A stretch of DNA of 63,065 nucleotides, the filler included, from Basidiobolus ranarum (lineage: Eukaryota): NCBI GenBank assembly GCA_040143965.1. It is 41 parts of 41 records of this genome, joined end to end, with 100 filler letters (N's around TTAATTAATTAA, not from the genome) between each part and the next. Parts side by side here need not be neighbours in the genome. Positions count along the whole stretch, not along the records: positions 61,631 to 63,065 come from JASJQH010012078.1; 40 more parts are not named here. One strand, 5' to 3'. The notes beneath the pieces are model-generated. The model did not search any database, was not told where the DNA came from, and saw only the letters and a list, made by a program, of their open reading frames with translations. This document shows positions 61,990 through 63,065 of this stretch, piece after piece (within the stretch, counting starts at the first letter, position 1; the number at the start of each line of letters is the position of its first letter). The translations under genes and the position numbers were made by a program.

Positions 61990-63065
61990 ATGGAATTAAA
62001 ATCACAAAAATACTTACTGATAGATGTGGAGAACATACTTCAACACTATAAGCACTTTTGCAAAATTCATGTATTAAGCAAGAAACTATGGCCCCCTATT
62101 CACCTCAACAAAATTGAGTTGCTGAAAGAACTAACAGTACTATAATAGAAGTGGTAAGATCTAGGATAAATGCACAAAATTTGCTTCATAACTTTTGGGA
62201 GGAATCTGTTGCTACAGCTGTATGTCTGCAGAATAAGAATTTACTAGAAGTGTGTCTAACTCTTCACCATATGAAGCTTGGTTTGGAGTTAAACCTGATG
62301 TAAAACATTTGGATGCATTGCTTATGCCACAATTATGACCAAAAATTGGTCTAAATTTGGTCCAGAAAGTATGCAATGTATATTTCAGGGGTGTTGTACT
62401 CCAACTAAGGCCTACAGACTCTATGCTACCAAAATTTCCAAGTCAATCAAGTCCAGGGATGTTTTGTTCAATGAAAATGAAAAATATTTACCCAAGATGA
62501 CCCTAGATGATGACCAAAATCATTTTTCTCCTGATTCAATCTTTCCATTTACTTCAAGCCAAATCAATATAAAAAATAGCATTCCTGTAGACTCTTCAAC
62601 TAACATTTTGCCTTCTGATGTGGCCAATTCAATGTCAGAAGTTGTAGTACCTTTATCCCAAACAGGATATTAAATTGCATCAGAAAGAGCCCTGATTACT
62701 CTAACAATGAGTCCCAAAATTGGGCCTATGCCTGCACAGCTCAAATACACAAACCCCAGACAGTAAAAGAGGCCCTTTATGGCCCTCACATGAGGATTTG
62801 AAGATCAGCAATGGCTGATGAGTACCAGGCTTTGATTGATAATCAAACTTGGATTTTAACCAACTTTCCTGATGATAGAAAATCAATTGGCTGCCAATAT
62901 ATGTTTAATGTTAAATACAACTCCGATGGCAATATAGAAAGGTATAAGGCTAGACTAGTAGCCAAAGACTATTCTCAATGCTAAGGACTAGATTATACGG
63001 AAATGTTTGCTCCTGTAGCAAAATTTAATTCAATCAGATTGATTTTAGCATTTTTAGCTTGATAT
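61990..63065 (+). mobile_element. Decayed copia integrase to RT
   Basis: Homologous to 9550-10490; DGNIERYKARLVAK and MFAPVAK. Confidence 0.9.

Overview
This window is not a contiguous locus. It is 41 unplaced contigs of about 1.44 kb, sorted by decreasing length (1446 to 1435 bp) and joined by an artificial 100-bp spacer (44 N + TTAATTAATTAA + 44 N), so adjacency across spacers means nothing. The DNA is eukaryotic, AT-rich and contains introns; a fungus, probably early-diverging, is inferred from the NRPS, NRPS-like, GATA, hexokinase and sugar-porter genes. Most of the sequence is decayed, CpG-depleted transposon DNA: several Ty1/copia families primed by a half initiator tRNA-Met, Ty3/gypsy fragments, an IS5/PIF-Harbinger-like DDE transposase, and many pieces of one CACTA/CMC family with CCCTAACA termini and two head-to-head genes. 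Host gene fragments are two tandem NRPS-like genes (one internally deleted), an NRPS C-A module, an MFS sugar transporter facing a hexokinase, a GATA factor and a probably tandemly arrayed secreted Gly/Tyr/Asp repeat protein. The strongest candidate novelty is at 38727-39691: a complete miniature LTR retroelement (TRIM-like) whose two 282-bp LTRs each contain a tRNA-like Pol III unit (A box, B box, cloverleaf, T5 terminator), a tRNA analogue of the 5S-bearing Cassandra elements. All alignments and counts were done by eye; no searches were run.
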